Position numbers and translations under genes: made by a program. From a virus (Duplodnaviria; Caudoviricetes): a stretch of 64,000 bases of DNA. Below are positions 31,342-42,431 of this stretch, piece by piece. The stretch lies in IMG/VR virus record IMGVR_UViG_2859564202_000001. One strand, written 5' to 3'. The notes beneath the pieces are model-generated. The model saw only the letters and a list, made by a program, of their open reading frames with translations, was not told where the DNA came from and did no database searches. Position 1 is the first letter of the stretch. Every line of letters begins with the position of its first letter.

Positions 31342-34300
31342 TTAGAGCTCAAACCCGCCATCCTGTCGTTGTGGTGGTTCCTGTTGGTTGTAACGGCTTG
31401 TATCAAATCGACCCATAAACTGATTGTTCGCACCACCATGAGTAAACGGGTTTCCTGTACCTGGCTTCGGCACAACCGGAGTAGGCGGAACAGAATTCTG
31501 TGGTACCGGATTATGCACAGGCGGAATATTCTGCTGCTGAGGCACAACTGGCTGTTGCGCCCCCATTGCAGGTCCCTGATGTCCATAATTCCCGATTTTT
31601 CCGCCCTGGTCGAGTGGCTGACCAACGCCCCGGAAGTCCGTCTGAGCAGGCGAAACAGGTTGCTGTGCCGGAGGTGTGACAGGCATAACTGGCGGGGTCG
31701 CAGGCACCTGCTGCTGAACATAATTCCCCTGTACACCTGCATCAGGTAACGGTGCTGGTGCAGCAATCCCTGTACCTACTTCTGCCGGCACACGACGCTC
31801 AATACGGAAACCAGAACGTTGTGGGACTCGCTCAAAGCTCGCCAATGACTGCTGTGCAGAAATCGACTGAATCTCCACATCAGGGATACCAAAACGCGCT
31901 GCATCCTCCATTGCCTTCATATTGGCGCGCACCACACGAGGGGCAAAGTCATAAGCATCACCGTCGTAGATGTTGACCTGCTGCTTTGCCATCTCGCACA
32001 ACAAATCAAAGCGGTTCTTCTTATCGCCATAGGCAAGCTGATCAAGTGCTAGTGGCTTAATCTCAGTGGGTAGCTCATCATGGCTAAGCACACGCATATA
32101 ACCCTGCTCATCAGAGAATTCTTCCGCGATCTTCTCCACCTGGTCAACGCCAACCGAGACACCCATACCCTTGTCATCGGCGTACATCTCCATGTACTGC
32201 TGTACCCATTCATCCTTGGTGGCCTGGATAGGCTGGTGGTTCTCGTCCCTAACGACTTCCCACTCATAGCGACCTTGCTCATTCTCACCACGACGCATCT
32301 TGCGACCTTGGTAGAGATCACCTACTGGTCCCATAAGAGTTTCTGCACGATAGAGCGCGTCAATCGGGTCGTGCTTCGCCTGCAGAATCGACTGCTGTGC
32401 CGGTGCTGATGCAGCCATAGCTTCCTTGGTCAGACCAAGATTGCGGCACAATGCCACCATTTCCTGCTCTTTTTTACCAGCCACACCGGTAAAGAGCACC
32501 TTAATTGCAGTCGCCTTCTGCGAACCCTCATAGTGGCTACGCAGCGCTTCTGGCGTTGGTTGACCTACGTCTTTAAAACCCTGCGCCGGATCAGCGCCGA
32601 TATAGGTGGCATATTCCTTCAGCTTGCCAGGCGAACCTTTCGCACCCGTCTCGAAGCACTGCGCAACAGAAGCCATATGGTTTTCCATACCGTCAAAACG
32701 CAAGGTCACCAAACCATCGCGGTTGGCAAAAGCCTGTGCATAGTGCTCATTGAGATCATCCATGTGTGCACGGTTGACCTCTAGCAATTCTTCGCGGCTA
32801 ATCTCGCCGGCCTCGTATTCACGCTGGTAGCGGTTAAGCTCAGAGACAATAACCTTCATGTTCTCGGCCATTGCCGGATCATGGTGCTGCGCTACCTGTA
32901 CATCGAGGCTGTCATGCAGAGTTAGCCCATAAAACATAGTGCCGTCCTCCATACGCTTACCATCACCAAGATCAAGCATGTTTGCCTCAACTGTGAGCCT
33001 GGACAATGCCTCCTCATGCGCCTTTTTCGGCAGATTGCCGACCAGACCTACAGAGTCACCATCGAAGTCACCGTCAAAGCTCTTCACCGACACAGGGTTG
33101 ACTGCCACACCGTGCAGATCATCATTAATAACCACACGCAAATAGCGCACACCACCATCGCGGATCACCGGATCACGCCACACCATTGCATAACCGTTAT
33201 CGAGAACGCCGAGTTCACGTGCCATCGAAGAGTTCATGGCTACTTCATCAACTGACAGGCGTGGATCACCTGTCCACACAGCAGTAGCGGAGTGTGACTG
33301 TCGCGCCGACATAAAGCCGTCCTTGAACACATTGTTCTTGGTCTCGATCCGGCTGGCGACAATATCATTAGCAATTCCATCAAAGCTTGCCTGCACCTTT
33401 TTCTGTGCTTGATCAACAAACTTCTGTGACTCGCTCAGTCGCTTTTCCGCAGCACGAGGCAACGTGCCGTGCTGCGCTTCCTCCTGGCGCAATGCGTCAA
33501 TCTTGGCTTGCTCTTCTGCCAGCTTGTAGCACGTATCAAAAATAGCCATATACCGCGTGGTGTACTCATGTCGAGAGGTACTACCGTCCGCTAAATCCTC
33601 ATCACTGCGCAAATGCGGGCTCAGTAGTGGCAACTGATACATGTCTGGATTATTAGGTGACTCTTCTAGCTGTGCACCATTGCGCAACTGTAACTGGAAA
33701 GGAATCTCCATAACACCACCAGCGCGACTGATCTGCTCAACAAAAGCTTCGCGCACCTGTGCACGATTAACACGATTATTCAGCTCACCGTTCTCATCGT
33801 AAATGCTTGGCATCTCGATGATATTGCGCTGCTCATTGGACTCGCTGAACCCCTCGCGCAACTCACCATACGGGGTGACATCAAGCCCCGTGACGCGAAG
33901 ATATTCCTGGAAGTTAGCCAATGCAGAGACGTTGTTGCCATAAAAGTGCTCCATAATCTCATGACATTCCTGGGCTTGGAGCACCCACGCCAGCTGAGAA
34001 GACGCTTTACGTCCTTGGCCCTCACGAACAGCTTCTTCATCATAGACATTGGTTTTCGCATCAACAGCCATATGCGTGACGATGAAGTTGAGATCACCAG
34101 AGGCACCTGGTTGAACACGAGTAGAACCATCATTATTCCTGAACACCACATCCTGCGGGTTGTTCATGAGCTCACGTGCCGTGCCACCATTAAAACGAGA
34201 AATGGCAGAAAACGGACTCATGACAACCTCTAGATCAGGGTTGTCTCGGAAAAACGCCACCTCTGATTCCAGCCCTGCTGCACGTGCATCAGCATCACTC

Positions 34301-37300
34301 ATCGCTGGATCAACAACAAGAGCGATCACACCCTTATTACCGTGAAAATCAGACAGCTTATCGCCGGCAACCAAGGGGCGCATCTCATCTTCCGTATCGC
34401 GAATAACATGGGTATTCGCAAAATCGGCAGAGACAATAATGCCATCTTCAAAGTTCCAACCGCCCAGCTGTATCATCGCAGTGCGTGCACCACCAGTCAC
34501 AGCGCTAGCCTGCATGATGTTCGAGAAAGTCATGTTCTGACGGTCATGTGGGTCAAAGCCCATCGCCCATGATTCTGGATGCGCTGCAACAGGTACTCGA
34601 TCAGCCGGATCACCAGGGGTAATCATGCCATCAGCGCCCACCTTCGCAGAAGGCAACAAATAGCGAACAGAACCCTGGTTCGCCGCCATACCAGTCATCA
34701 TGGGATCAAAGAAACCTTTACCCGCATCAACATCAAGTACAGAAATGTTACGCCCACCGGTAAGCACCAGCGCATCACGGGAGTTATCATTACGCGCATC
34801 AAAACCACGCTGCTGTGCTCGAATATCCTCCATCACATTCGCACCATCACGAATAGAGTTGTCGTAGCGCACACGCAAACTCGCAGTCTCAAGCAACGCA
34901 GCACGCCACTCATCGCTCAAACCTTCTTCGGCGCTGCGCTCGAAGAAGTCCACAGGGAAGCGATTGTCATACAGTCGCTTATATGCACTGTTGATGCTGG
35001 TTGTAGCACCCACTCGGGATCGCTCAGTGAACATCAAATCTTCTCGCACACGGTACACCAACGCCTCTGACATCACCTGCTCATAGCCTTTGAGCTTGGT
35101 ACGCTCTTCTAAACTCTTTGTCTCACCAGGCTTTTGTGGTACCACAGACGCGGTGTAGCCAGGGGCAAACATATAGTTCTCGCCACCATTAAATTTGGTG
35201 ACAATTTCACCATGCTCACCGCGAGTAAAAATCTGACCTATCTCACCCTGCACATGACGGGTGCGTTCACCGCGAACCTGCCCCTTACTATCTACTGCAC
35301 GACTATCCTTCGCACCAACACGTCGCTGTGCGGTCCACCGCACCACACCGTTATCGTCAACAGCAATATCGACCACATCAGCACCATTGCGGGAAATAGT
35401 CTCGGCAATGACAGTGCCAAATCGAGCCAACTGCGGGTCAAGATCAGGGTTATTAACCATTTTCTGCGCGGTCTCAGGATTAAATTTGAGCAACTGTTGA
35501 TTAATAACATCGTTATAGAATTCGTCACCGCGCAGTTCATCGCCAGTAATCGAAGTCGCTCGCAACGCGGCAATAATATCGTCATGGTTTGACCACAGGG
35601 ATTTAGCACTCGGCATGTGCTGAGCAACTGTCACCGGATTAAAACGCAAGCCGGTAACAGGATCAGGCTCCACCGTGCCGACATAATCATCAAGAACAAG
35701 GGCCGCGTGCTGACGCACACGATCCTCCACGGTCACAGCATTCATTGCTGAGGTCATCGCAGCAATCTGCTCATGATCACCATCGCGGATAGCAGCCATA
35801 TAATCATCGCGGTTAACCCCAGGGTTAAGCAGATCGGTTTCCTCACCTCGCAGCATCGCCCAATAGTCCTGCTTTATCGCCATGAGCTCATCCTCACCAG
35901 CAAAAGCCGGCATGAAGTCAGGATCATCGGCGTACTGTGCAGAAAGCGCAATCAGTTCTTCAACGCCGAGCTCTTCGGCCACACGCGCACGAGTAAGGGC
36001 GATATTGTTACCAAGCCACTCCGATGCTTTCGCTTCATTATCAAACCACTTTCCAGGACCAGCACTTCGATCACGTGCATCCTGAACGATCGAGAGCCCT
36101 TCACGCACCATGAATGCGGAACGATTCTTAGTGAAATATGCATCCTGTGCCTGCTCTAAAGCACGTGGGTGTCGAGCATTAGGCACACCAACAAGACCTT
36201 TGCCATCCTGTCGCTCAACCTCTCGACCGAGAGCAAATTTCACGAGATCGACAACTTCAGTTGGGCTTGGTTCATAATCAGTAGCCGGTGTCCACGTTCC
36301 ATCACCGTTCTCCATGCGCTCACGAGCTCGTAGACGTTCTTCCGCTGTTTGTTCGGCGGAATACTTAATCACAGTGCCAGAATCATAGACACGACCCACC
36401 CACTGTTCATTGGCGCGAGTATCAGTGAGACGAATATCAATACGGGTGCCCTCAATACGCACTTTAAGCTGTCCCGGCTCACGATCTGGCTCGATCCTAA
36501 AATCCACACCCTCATCCGACAGATACGTCAAAATAGCTTCCGAGCGCGCGATACCCTCATCAGACATGACCTTGTTGGGGTCAATTTTCTGACTCGCAAC
36601 ATCTGCGGTATCAATGAGTCCAGCACGCAGCCATGACGCTGCGGCACGGTATTCTTTAGCCGTCATAAACTGACCAATATTGGGCAGTCGCATCTGGTCA
36701 TTCTCGGTGATAGTGCGCCAGGCAATAGCTTCACCATTGACCCATTGAGTCAACGGTCGCACACCGCCTTTAGTGTCGTCTTCTCGATGAGTGCCCTCGT
36801 AAACATCATTATCTTGTAGGTGGATCGTTGCTAGATCAAGGTCCCTGATCATGCCAACACTCTCTTCGGACAGTGATAGCAGCTTGGTACCGTGCACACG
36901 GACTACTTCGCGGTCTGACCAGCGTGGATCATAAGGCGAAATAGGTAAACGACGACCACCCAGATCAGGTCCCTCAGGCAAACCATTAGGTCCAATTGCA
37001 GTGCCGACCATCTTGTCGAAACGGTGACGCAGCGCCTGGTACCCCTTTGAACCCTCACCCTCGCGAGCAATCGCACTAAACATGGGTGCTGCGTGAGGTG
37101 CCACCTCAGCAAAGGCAGCATTGACAGAGGCGAAGAATGCCTGAGTACTCCCCCGCTGCTCTACTGGTTCATAGGTTGCGAGATGCTCATCAACAAGCGC
37201 TCGGATCGCACGGCCATCAGAGGTGCTAAACTGCGACACACCAGCATCAACGTGCGTACCCCAGGTACCAAACATCTCGACACCTTCATAGAAGGCGTAC

Positions 37301-37851
37301 TCCCGGAAATAGCTCTCCATCGGATCAATGACAGGTAAACCCACACCCTCTGATTGGCGAACGGACTCTTGCGCGAGCGTTTGTTCAGCCTGGAATGTTG
37401 CTTGATCACGTGCCTGGAAAATAGCTGCCTGCTCTTGCTCATAAGCAGCTTGCTGTAGCGCTTGTGCCTGCTGCTGTTGGGCCACGAGATCCTGCTGCAC
37501 CAGCGCGTCATAAGATGACTTAATCGCCGTGTATTGCGGTGAATTAAGAATATTTCGCCTAGTTACCTTCGCGAACTGTGGTCGGTGTACACAGCCATGA
37601 GCTTCGGCATCAGCGGCGAAGGCATCATCGAAAGACGCAAACATGATGGCGCCATAGGTCGCTTCATCATTGAGGTCTAAGCCCTTATTGTTTGCTGCGC
37701 GCTGTTTCATCAAGGCTTCTGCTTGCCTATAGATACGCACAGCATCGTGATCACCCAGTGGAGCTTTGCCCCAGTGATCTTTTTGACCCCACTCTGAGCG
37801 CGCCATCTCAAGCGACCGTTCAAAAGCGTGTCGAAATAAAGTTTTGGACAT
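31342..37851 (-). CDS. Single-polypeptide two-barrel DNA-dependent RNA polymerase (fused beta/beta'-like)
   Basis: Beta-like GWNFEDGII and GDKLSDFHGNKG (34365-34330), then beta'-like WRDP and catalytic DFDGD (33069-33055), later GAKG. Confidence 0.88.
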   Translation of the reverse strand: MSKTLFRHAFERSLEMARSEWGQKDHWGKAPLGDHDAVRIYRQAEALMKQRAANNKGLDLNDEATYGAIMFASFDDAFAADAEAHGCVHRPQFAKVTRRNILNSPQYTAIKSSYDALVQQDLVAQQQQAQALQQAAYEQEQAAIFQARDQATFQAEQTLAQESVRQSEGVGLPVIDPMESYFREYAFYEGVEMFGTWGTHVDAGVSQFSTSDGRAIRALVDEHLATYEPVEQRGSTQAFFASVNAAFAEVAPHAAPMFSAIAREGEGSKGYQALRHRFDKMVGTAIGPNGLPEGPDLGGRRLPISPYDPRWSDREVVRVHGTKLLSLSEESVGMIRDLDLATIHLQDNDVYEGTHREDDTKGGVRPLTQWVNGEAIAWRTITENDQMRLPNIGQFMTAKEYRAAASWLRAGLIDTADVASQKIDPNKVMSDEGIARSEAILTYLSDEGVDFRIEPDREPGQLKVRIEGTRIDIRLTDTRANEQWVGRVYDSGTVIKYSAEQTAEERLRARERMENGDGTWTPATDYEPSPTEVVDLVKFALGREVERQDGKGLVGVPNARHPRALEQAQDAYFTKNRSAFMVREGLSIVQDARDRSAGPGKWFDNEAKASEWLGNNIALTRARVAEELGVEELIALSAQYADDPDFMPAFAGEDELMAIKQDYWAMLRGEETDLLNPGVNRDDYMAAIRDGDHEQIAAMTSAMNAVTVEDRVRQHAALVLDDYVGTVEPDPVTGLRFNPVTVAQHMPSAKSLWSNHDDIIAALRATSITGDELRGDEFYNDVINQQLLKFNPETAQKMVNNPDLDPQLARFGTVIAETISRNGADVVDIAVDDNGVVRWTAQRRVGAKDSRAVDSKGQVRGERTRHVQGEIGQIFTRGEHGEIVTKFNGGENYMFAPGYTASVVPQKPGETKSLEERTKLKGYEQVMSEALVYRVREDLMFTERSRVGATTSINSAYKRLYDNRFPVDFFERSAEEGLSDEWRAALLETASLRVRYDNSIRDGANVMEDIRAQQRGFDARNDNSRDALVLTGGRNISVLDVDAGKGFFDPMMTGMAANQGSVRYLLPSAKVGADGMITPGDPADRVPVAAHPESWAMGFDPHDRQNMTFSNIMQASAVTGGARTAMIQLGGWNFEDGIIVSADFANTHVIRDTEDEMRPLVAGDKLSDFHGNKGVIALVVDPAMSDADARAAGLESEVAFFRDNPDLEVVMSPFSAISRFNGGTARELMNNPQDVVFRNNDGSTRVQPGASGDLNFIVTHMAVDAKTNVYDEEAVREGQGRKASSQLAWVLQAQECHEIMEHFYGNNVSALANFQEYLRVTGLDVTPYGELREGFSESNEQRNIIEMPSIYDENGELNNRVNRAQVREAFVEQISRAGGVMEIPFQLQLRNGAQLEESPNNPDMYQLPLLSPHLRSDEDLADGSTSRHEYTTRYMAIFDTCYKLAEEQAKIDALRQEEAQHGTLPRAAEKRLSESQKFVDQAQKKVQASFDGIANDIVASRIETKNNVFKDGFMSARQSHSATAVWTGDPRLSVDEVAMNSSMARELGVLDNGYAMVWRDPVIRDGGVRYLRVVINDDLHGVAVNPVSVKSFDGDFDGDSVGLVGNLPKKAHEEALSRLTVEANMLDLGDGKRMEDGTMFYGLTLHDSLDVQVAQHHDPAMAENMKVIVSELNRYQREYEAGEISREELLEVNRAHMDDLNEHYAQAFANRDGLVTLRFDGMENHMASVAQCFETGAKGSPGKLKEYATYIGADPAQGFKDVGQPTPEALRSHYEGSQKATAIKVLFTGVAGKKEQEMVALCRNLGLTKEAMAASAPAQQSILQAKHDPIDALYRAETLMGPVGDLYQGRKMRRGENEQGRYEWEVVRDENHQPIQATKDEWVQQYMEMYADDKGMGVSVGVDQVEKIAEEFSDEQGYMRVLSHDELPTEIKPLALDQLAYGDKKNRFDLLCEMAKQQVNIYDGDAYDFAPRVVRANMKAMEDAARFGIPDVEIQSISAQQSLASFERVPQRSGFRIERRVPAEVGTGIAAPAPLPDAGVQGNYVQQQVPATPPVMPVTPPAQQPVSPAQTDFRGVGQPLDQGGKIGNYGHQGPAMGAQQPVVPQQQNIPPVHNPVPQNSVPPTPVVPKPGTGNPFTHGGANNQFMGRFDTSRYNQQEPPQRQDGGFEL

Positions 37852-38276
37852 ACTAAAGTCCTCCCTTTTCTTTATTCTTTTGTCATATCACTAATGGACA
37901 TGCGGATGTGTGTAGTTACATCCATAATCATACTCTAAAACTTAATCGTTTTTAAAGTACTTTTAGAACTAGAAATGAAAGTTAAAAAACTTAGGTCTTT
38001 AGAGCACCGACAACCCCTCATCCGAGCTCAAAAATTTGTACTCGGCTGCCCTTGCGCATTAGGATTCTCTCAACTAAGACATGTTCACCACGGCACCAAA
38101 AAGACACCATTTTATGCCGCACATTTGTTCACTACATTCACTGAAAAATCTTGTTGACCACTGACAACTAGCAAGAAGCGGCAAATATGTGCGGCTTGGC
38201 ATAAACTGTGTCCATCGGTACCTGTGTAATAGACACACGGTAAACACGCACAAGATAAAACATTGCGAGATTTTTC

Positions 38277-39368
38277 ATGAGTACAAAACCCACTATTGTG
38301 TCCACATTTTCTGGTTGCGGTGGCCTCGATCTTGGCCTCCAAGAGGTCGGATTCGACCCCATTTGGGCCAACGACTTCTCAGAAGAAGCAGTCCAAACCT
38401 ATAAGCACAACATCGGTGACCACATTGTTCACGGCGACATCACTGAAATTGATCCGTTTACTGATGACACCATCCCTGACGGCGATCTCGTCACCGGCGG
38501 CTTCCCGTGCCAGGACTTCTCCATGATCTGGAAGCGTCCTGGACTCGACGGCAAGCGTGGCACCCTGTACCAAAACTTCCGTGACTTTGTTGCAGCAAAG
38601 AAGCCTAAAGCCTTTATCGCAGAAAACGTGAAGGGCCTACTCACTGCTAACCAGCACAAGGCTATTAAGACCATCATTGAAGACCTCGAAGCTGTTGAGC
38701 CTGGCTACATCGTCAAGCCTCGCCTGTACAACTTCGCTGAATACGGTGTCCCACAATTCCGCGAACGTGTGCTCATTGTTGGCATTCGCCGTGACACCGG
38801 CTTTGATTTCAAGCACCCAGCTCCTACCCATGGCCCTCGCGGTGACATGCCGTATAAGACTGCCGGCGAAGCGCTCAAAGGCGTGAAGGATGTCCCCACA
38901 AACAACAACCACATGAAGATCATGCCTCGCACCGTTGAAGTGCTTAAGCGCATCCCTGAGGGCGAAAACTTCACCGCGATCCCCAAAGATGACCCCTACT
39001 ACGTCAAGGGCATGATTAGTCACGTTTACCGTCGCTTGCACCGTGATGAGCCATCCAAAACCCTTATCGCCGGTGGCGGCGGGGGTACATGGGGATACCA
39101 TTATGAAGAAAATCGAGCATTGACCAACCGCGAGCGGGCTAGAATTCAATCGTTCCCCGATGACTTTGAGTTTTTGGGATCAAACACCGAAGTCCGCCGC
39201 CAAATCGGTAATGCTGTTCCTCCTGTAGGTATGCACGCTGTGGGTGAGCGACTGATGAACCTGTACACCGGGAATTACACTCCCGTCGATCTAGAGGAAC
39301 AGCACGCGTACCTGCAGACGCTCTCCATTAAGGAACGTCTCGCGCTGGCTGATCAGGAAGCTGATTAA
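38277..39368 (+). CDS. cglIM: C5-cytosine DNA methyltransferase M.CglI
   Basis: FSGCGG, GFPCQ, ENVKG, QFRERV, QIGNAVP motifs. Confidence 0.95.
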   Translation: MSTKPTIVSTFSGCGGLDLGLQEVGFDPIWANDFSEEAVQTYKHNIGDHIVHGDITEIDPFTDDTIPDGDLVTGGFPCQDFSMIWKRPGLDGKRGTLYQNFRDFVAAKKPKAFIAENVKGLLTANQHKAIKTIIEDLEAVEPGYIVKPRLYNFAEYGVPQFRERVLIVGIRRDTGFDFKHPAPTHGPRGDMPYKTAGEALKGVKDVPTNNNHMKIMPRTVEVLKRIPEGENFTAIPKDDPYYVKGMISHVYRRLHRDEPSKTLIAGGGGGTWGYHYEENRALTNRERARIQSFPDDFEFLGSNTEVRRQIGNAVPPVGMHAVGERLMNLYTGNYTPVDLEEQHAYLQTLSIKERLALADQEAD

Positions 39369-39376
39369 GTAGATAT

Positions 39377-40453
39377 ATGAAGCCCACCGTTAATGTTGTG
39401 TTCAATGCGCATCACCCCAAAGATACGCAGCCGTTGGATAAGTTCTTCGATAAAGAACTTAAAGACACACATCATCTCGATATAACGGTGGGTTATATCA
39501 GTGAGAAATCACTACAATATTTGCTTCTTATTGCAGGCACTCACCCCGACCTCACCATCACACTCACCTGTGGAATGCACGCTCGTGAAGGCATGACTGC
39601 TGCCCAACTGCATCATGCGCGAGTGCTCCATGACTACTTAAGCGACCATGATCGAGGCGGGGTGTTCGTTATTCCCCGATTGCGTTATCACGGCAAAATC
39701 TATCTTTTCCACAAGAACCAGCACACAGATCCTATTGCTTATATCGGTAGCGCTAACCTCTCAGCCATCGTTCCTGGGTACACCTCTACATTCGAGACCG
39801 GCGTCATCTTAGACCCCGCACCTGAAGATCTCGTGCTTCATCTCAACCGTGATGTCGTACCCCTATGTGTCCCCATTGACACCGCGCATGTCCCCATCAT
39901 TAAAGATCAAGAATCCCCGATGAAGCACGTCGCTGAAGCAACAGCTGTGTCCACCTCTGATGTTGTTGCCATCATGTCCAGCCCATTTACTTATAGTTTT
40001 GACCTTAAACTCAAAGCCACTGCCAGCAGCAACCTCAATGCTCATAACTCAGGCGGTGGCGCGCGCAAACAGAAAAACGGTAGCTTCCTTGCACGCAATT
40101 GGTATGAGGGCGAAATCATTGTCGGTGTCGAGACAACAAGACTCCCAGGTTACCCACAAAACAAATCCGAATTCACTGCGGTCACTGATGACGGCTGGTC
40201 ATTTGTTTGCAAAATCAGCGGAGGAAACGGAAAGAACCTACGCAGCAAAGGTGACCTGTCCATCCTCGGTACGTGGTTAAAGTCTCGATTCATTGAACAA
40301 GGTGCCCTGGAATACGGCGAGGATGCCACCCAAGAAAACATCGACCGTTTTGGGAGAACACATATGACCATGCGCTATCACCCAGATTTCGATGTGTGGT
40401 CATTCGATCTCAGCCAAACCCCGAAGCCTTCGACACAGATTGGGCAGGATTAA
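39377..40453 (+). CDS. cglIR: PLD-family restriction endonuclease R.CglI (NgoFVII-like)
   Basis: YHGKIY...IGSANLS HKD-type motif; position in operon. Confidence 0.9.
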   Translation: MKPTVNVVFNAHHPKDTQPLDKFFDKELKDTHHLDITVGYISEKSLQYLLLIAGTHPDLTITLTCGMHAREGMTAAQLHHARVLHDYLSDHDRGGVFVIPRLRYHGKIYLFHKNQHTDPIAYIGSANLSAIVPGYTSTFETGVILDPAPEDLVLHLNRDVVPLCVPIDTAHVPIIKDQESPMKHVAEATAVSTSDVVAIMSSPFTYSFDLKLKATASSNLNAHNSGGGARKQKNGSFLARNWYEGEIIVGVETTRLPGYPQNKSEFTAVTDDGWSFVCKISGGNGKNLRSKGDLSILGTWLKSRFIEQGALEYGEDATQENIDRFGRTHMTMRYHPDFDVWSFDLSQTPKPSTQIGQD

Positions 40454-40454
40454 T

Positions 40455-42353
40455 TTGTCACACCACACTCACCTCAATAACTACATCACGAGCTTGAGTG
40501 ATAACGCTGATCTCCGTGAAAAAGTCACCGCAACCGTAGACGCTTTCCGCCATACCGTCATGGATGACTTCGACTACATCAGTGATCAACAAGTCCTGCT
40601 TTATGGCGATGTCCAAAGCGGTAAAACCTCACACATGCTGGGAATTATCGCAGATTGCCTCGACAGTACGTTTCACACCATTGTTATTCTGACCTCGCCT
40701 AACACACGGCTCGTGCAACAAACATACGACCGTGTTGCCCAAGCATTTCCAGATACTTTGGTGTGCGACCGTGACGGATACAATGATTTCCGTGCGAATC
40801 AAAAGAGCCTCACCCCGCGAAAATCTATCGTAGTCGTCGGAAAAATACCTGCAGTTCTTGGTAATTGGTTACGCGTCTTTAACGACAGTGGCGCACTTTC
40901 TGGACACCCTGTACTCATTATTGATGACGAAGCAGATGCGACAAGTCTCAACACCAAAGTAAATCAGTCTGATGTTTCGACCATTAACCACCAGCTCACT
41001 AGCATAAGAGACCTTGCCACAGGATGCATCTACCTTCAGGTCACAGGTACACCTCAAGCGGTGCTTCTTCAAAGCGACGATAGCAACTGGGCAGCGGAAC
41101 ATGTGCTTCACTTCGCACCTGGTGAGAGCTACATCGGTGGTCAACTTTTCTTTTCTGAGCTCAACAACCCTTATCTACGACTTTTCGCTAATACCCAATT
41201 TGACGAGGATTCTCGCTTCAGCGACGCCATTTACACCTATCTCTTAACCGCAGCACTGTTCAAACTTCGCGGTGAAAGCTTGTGTACCATGCTCATTCAC
41301 CCCAGCCACACTGCATCCAGTCATAGAGACTTCGCGCAAGAAGCCCGCCTCCAACTCACTTTCGCCTTCGAGCGATTCTATGAACCAATGATTCAGCACA
41401 ATTTCCAACGTGCTTATGAACAGCTCGCACAAACTGACAGCAACCTGCCACCCTTGAGAAAAATTCTTAACATTCTTGGTGGCATGGAAGATGACTTCTC
41501 CATCCACATCGTCAATAGCGACAACCCGACTGTTGAGGAAGATTGGGCTGATGGTTATAACATTATTGTCGGTGGCAACTCGCTTGGGCGCGGTTTAACA
41601 TTCAACAACTTGCAAACCGTTTTCTACGTGCGCGAATCCAAGCGACCACAAGCAGACACCCTGTGGCAGCACGCCCGCATGTTTGGCTACAAACGCCACA
41701 AAGACACCATGCGTGTGTTCATGCCGGCCACTATTGCTCAAACCTTCCAAGAGGTCTATCTCGGCAACGAAGCTATTAAAAATCAGCTCGATCATGGCAC
41801 GCATATCAACGACATTCGGGTCATTTTAGGTGATGGCGTCGCACCTACTCGTGCCAATGTTCTCGACAAACGCAAAGTTGGAAACCTCAGCGGTGGCGTC
41901 AACTACTTTGCCGCTGATCCTAGAATCAAGAATGTCGAAGCACTCGACAAAAAACTCTTGGCCTACTTAGACAAGCACGGTGAGGACTCCACCATCGGTA
42001 TGCGCGCGATAATCACCATTCTCAACGCCTTTACTGTAGACCCCAACGATCTCGACCTCGCGACCTTCAAGGCTGCGCTCCTTGACTTTGAACGCAACCA
42101 ACCTCATCTCACAGCACGTATGGTGCTGCGAACAAACCGCAAAGTCAATCAGGGTACAGGCGCCCTGCTCTCCCCTACTGATCAAGCTCTCAGCCGTGCA
42201 GAAGTCGCACACCCATTATTGATCCTATACCGCATTGAAGGTGTTAACGATGCTGCTGCGCAACGAGGTGAACCTACGTGGTCAAGCGACCCTATCTGGG
42301 TGCCTAATATTAAACTCCCTGGTCAACGTCAATTCTGGTGCGTAGACGGCTAA
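40455..42353 (+). CDS. cglIIR: SF2 helicase-like/Z1-domain restriction subunit
   Basis: GDVQSGKT, IDDEAD, TGTP, LGRGLT, DTLWQHARMFGY; TTG start 1 nt after the cglIR stop. Confidence 0.9.
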   Translation: MSHHTHLNNYITSLSDNADLREKVTATVDAFRHTVMDDFDYISDQQVLLYGDVQSGKTSHMLGIIADCLDSTFHTIVILTSPNTRLVQQTYDRVAQAFPDTLVCDRDGYNDFRANQKSLTPRKSIVVVGKIPAVLGNWLRVFNDSGALSGHPVLIIDDEADATSLNTKVNQSDVSTINHQLTSIRDLATGCIYLQVTGTPQAVLLQSDDSNWAAEHVLHFAPGESYIGGQLFFSELNNPYLRLFANTQFDEDSRFSDAIYTYLLTAALFKLRGESLCTMLIHPSHTASSHRDFAQEARLQLTFAFERFYEPMIQHNFQRAYEQLAQTDSNLPPLRKILNILGGMEDDFSIHIVNSDNPTVEEDWADGYNIIVGGNSLGRGLTFNNLQTVFYVRESKRPQADTLWQHARMFGYKRHKDTMRVFMPATIAQTFQEVYLGNEAIKNQLDHGTHINDIRVILGDGVAPTRANVLDKRKVGNLSGGVNYFAADPRIKNVEALDKKLLAYLDKHGEDSTIGMRAIITILNAFTVDPNDLDLATFKAALLDFERNQPHLTARMVLRTNRKVNQGTGALLSPTDQALSRAEVAHPLLILYRIEGVNDAAAQRGEPTWSSDPIWVPNIKLPGQRQFWCVDG

Positions 42354-42378
42354 ACCTCGCCACCACCAAAAAACATAC

Positions 42379-42417
42379 AAACACCGCTGTTGATTACGTT
42401 CAACAGCGGTGTTTTTT
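42379..42417. terminator. Bidirectional terminator
   Basis: AAACACCGCTGTTGA/TCAACAGCGGTGTTT between convergent genes. Confidence 0.8.
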
Positions 42418-42431
42418 ATCGCTCACGACAC

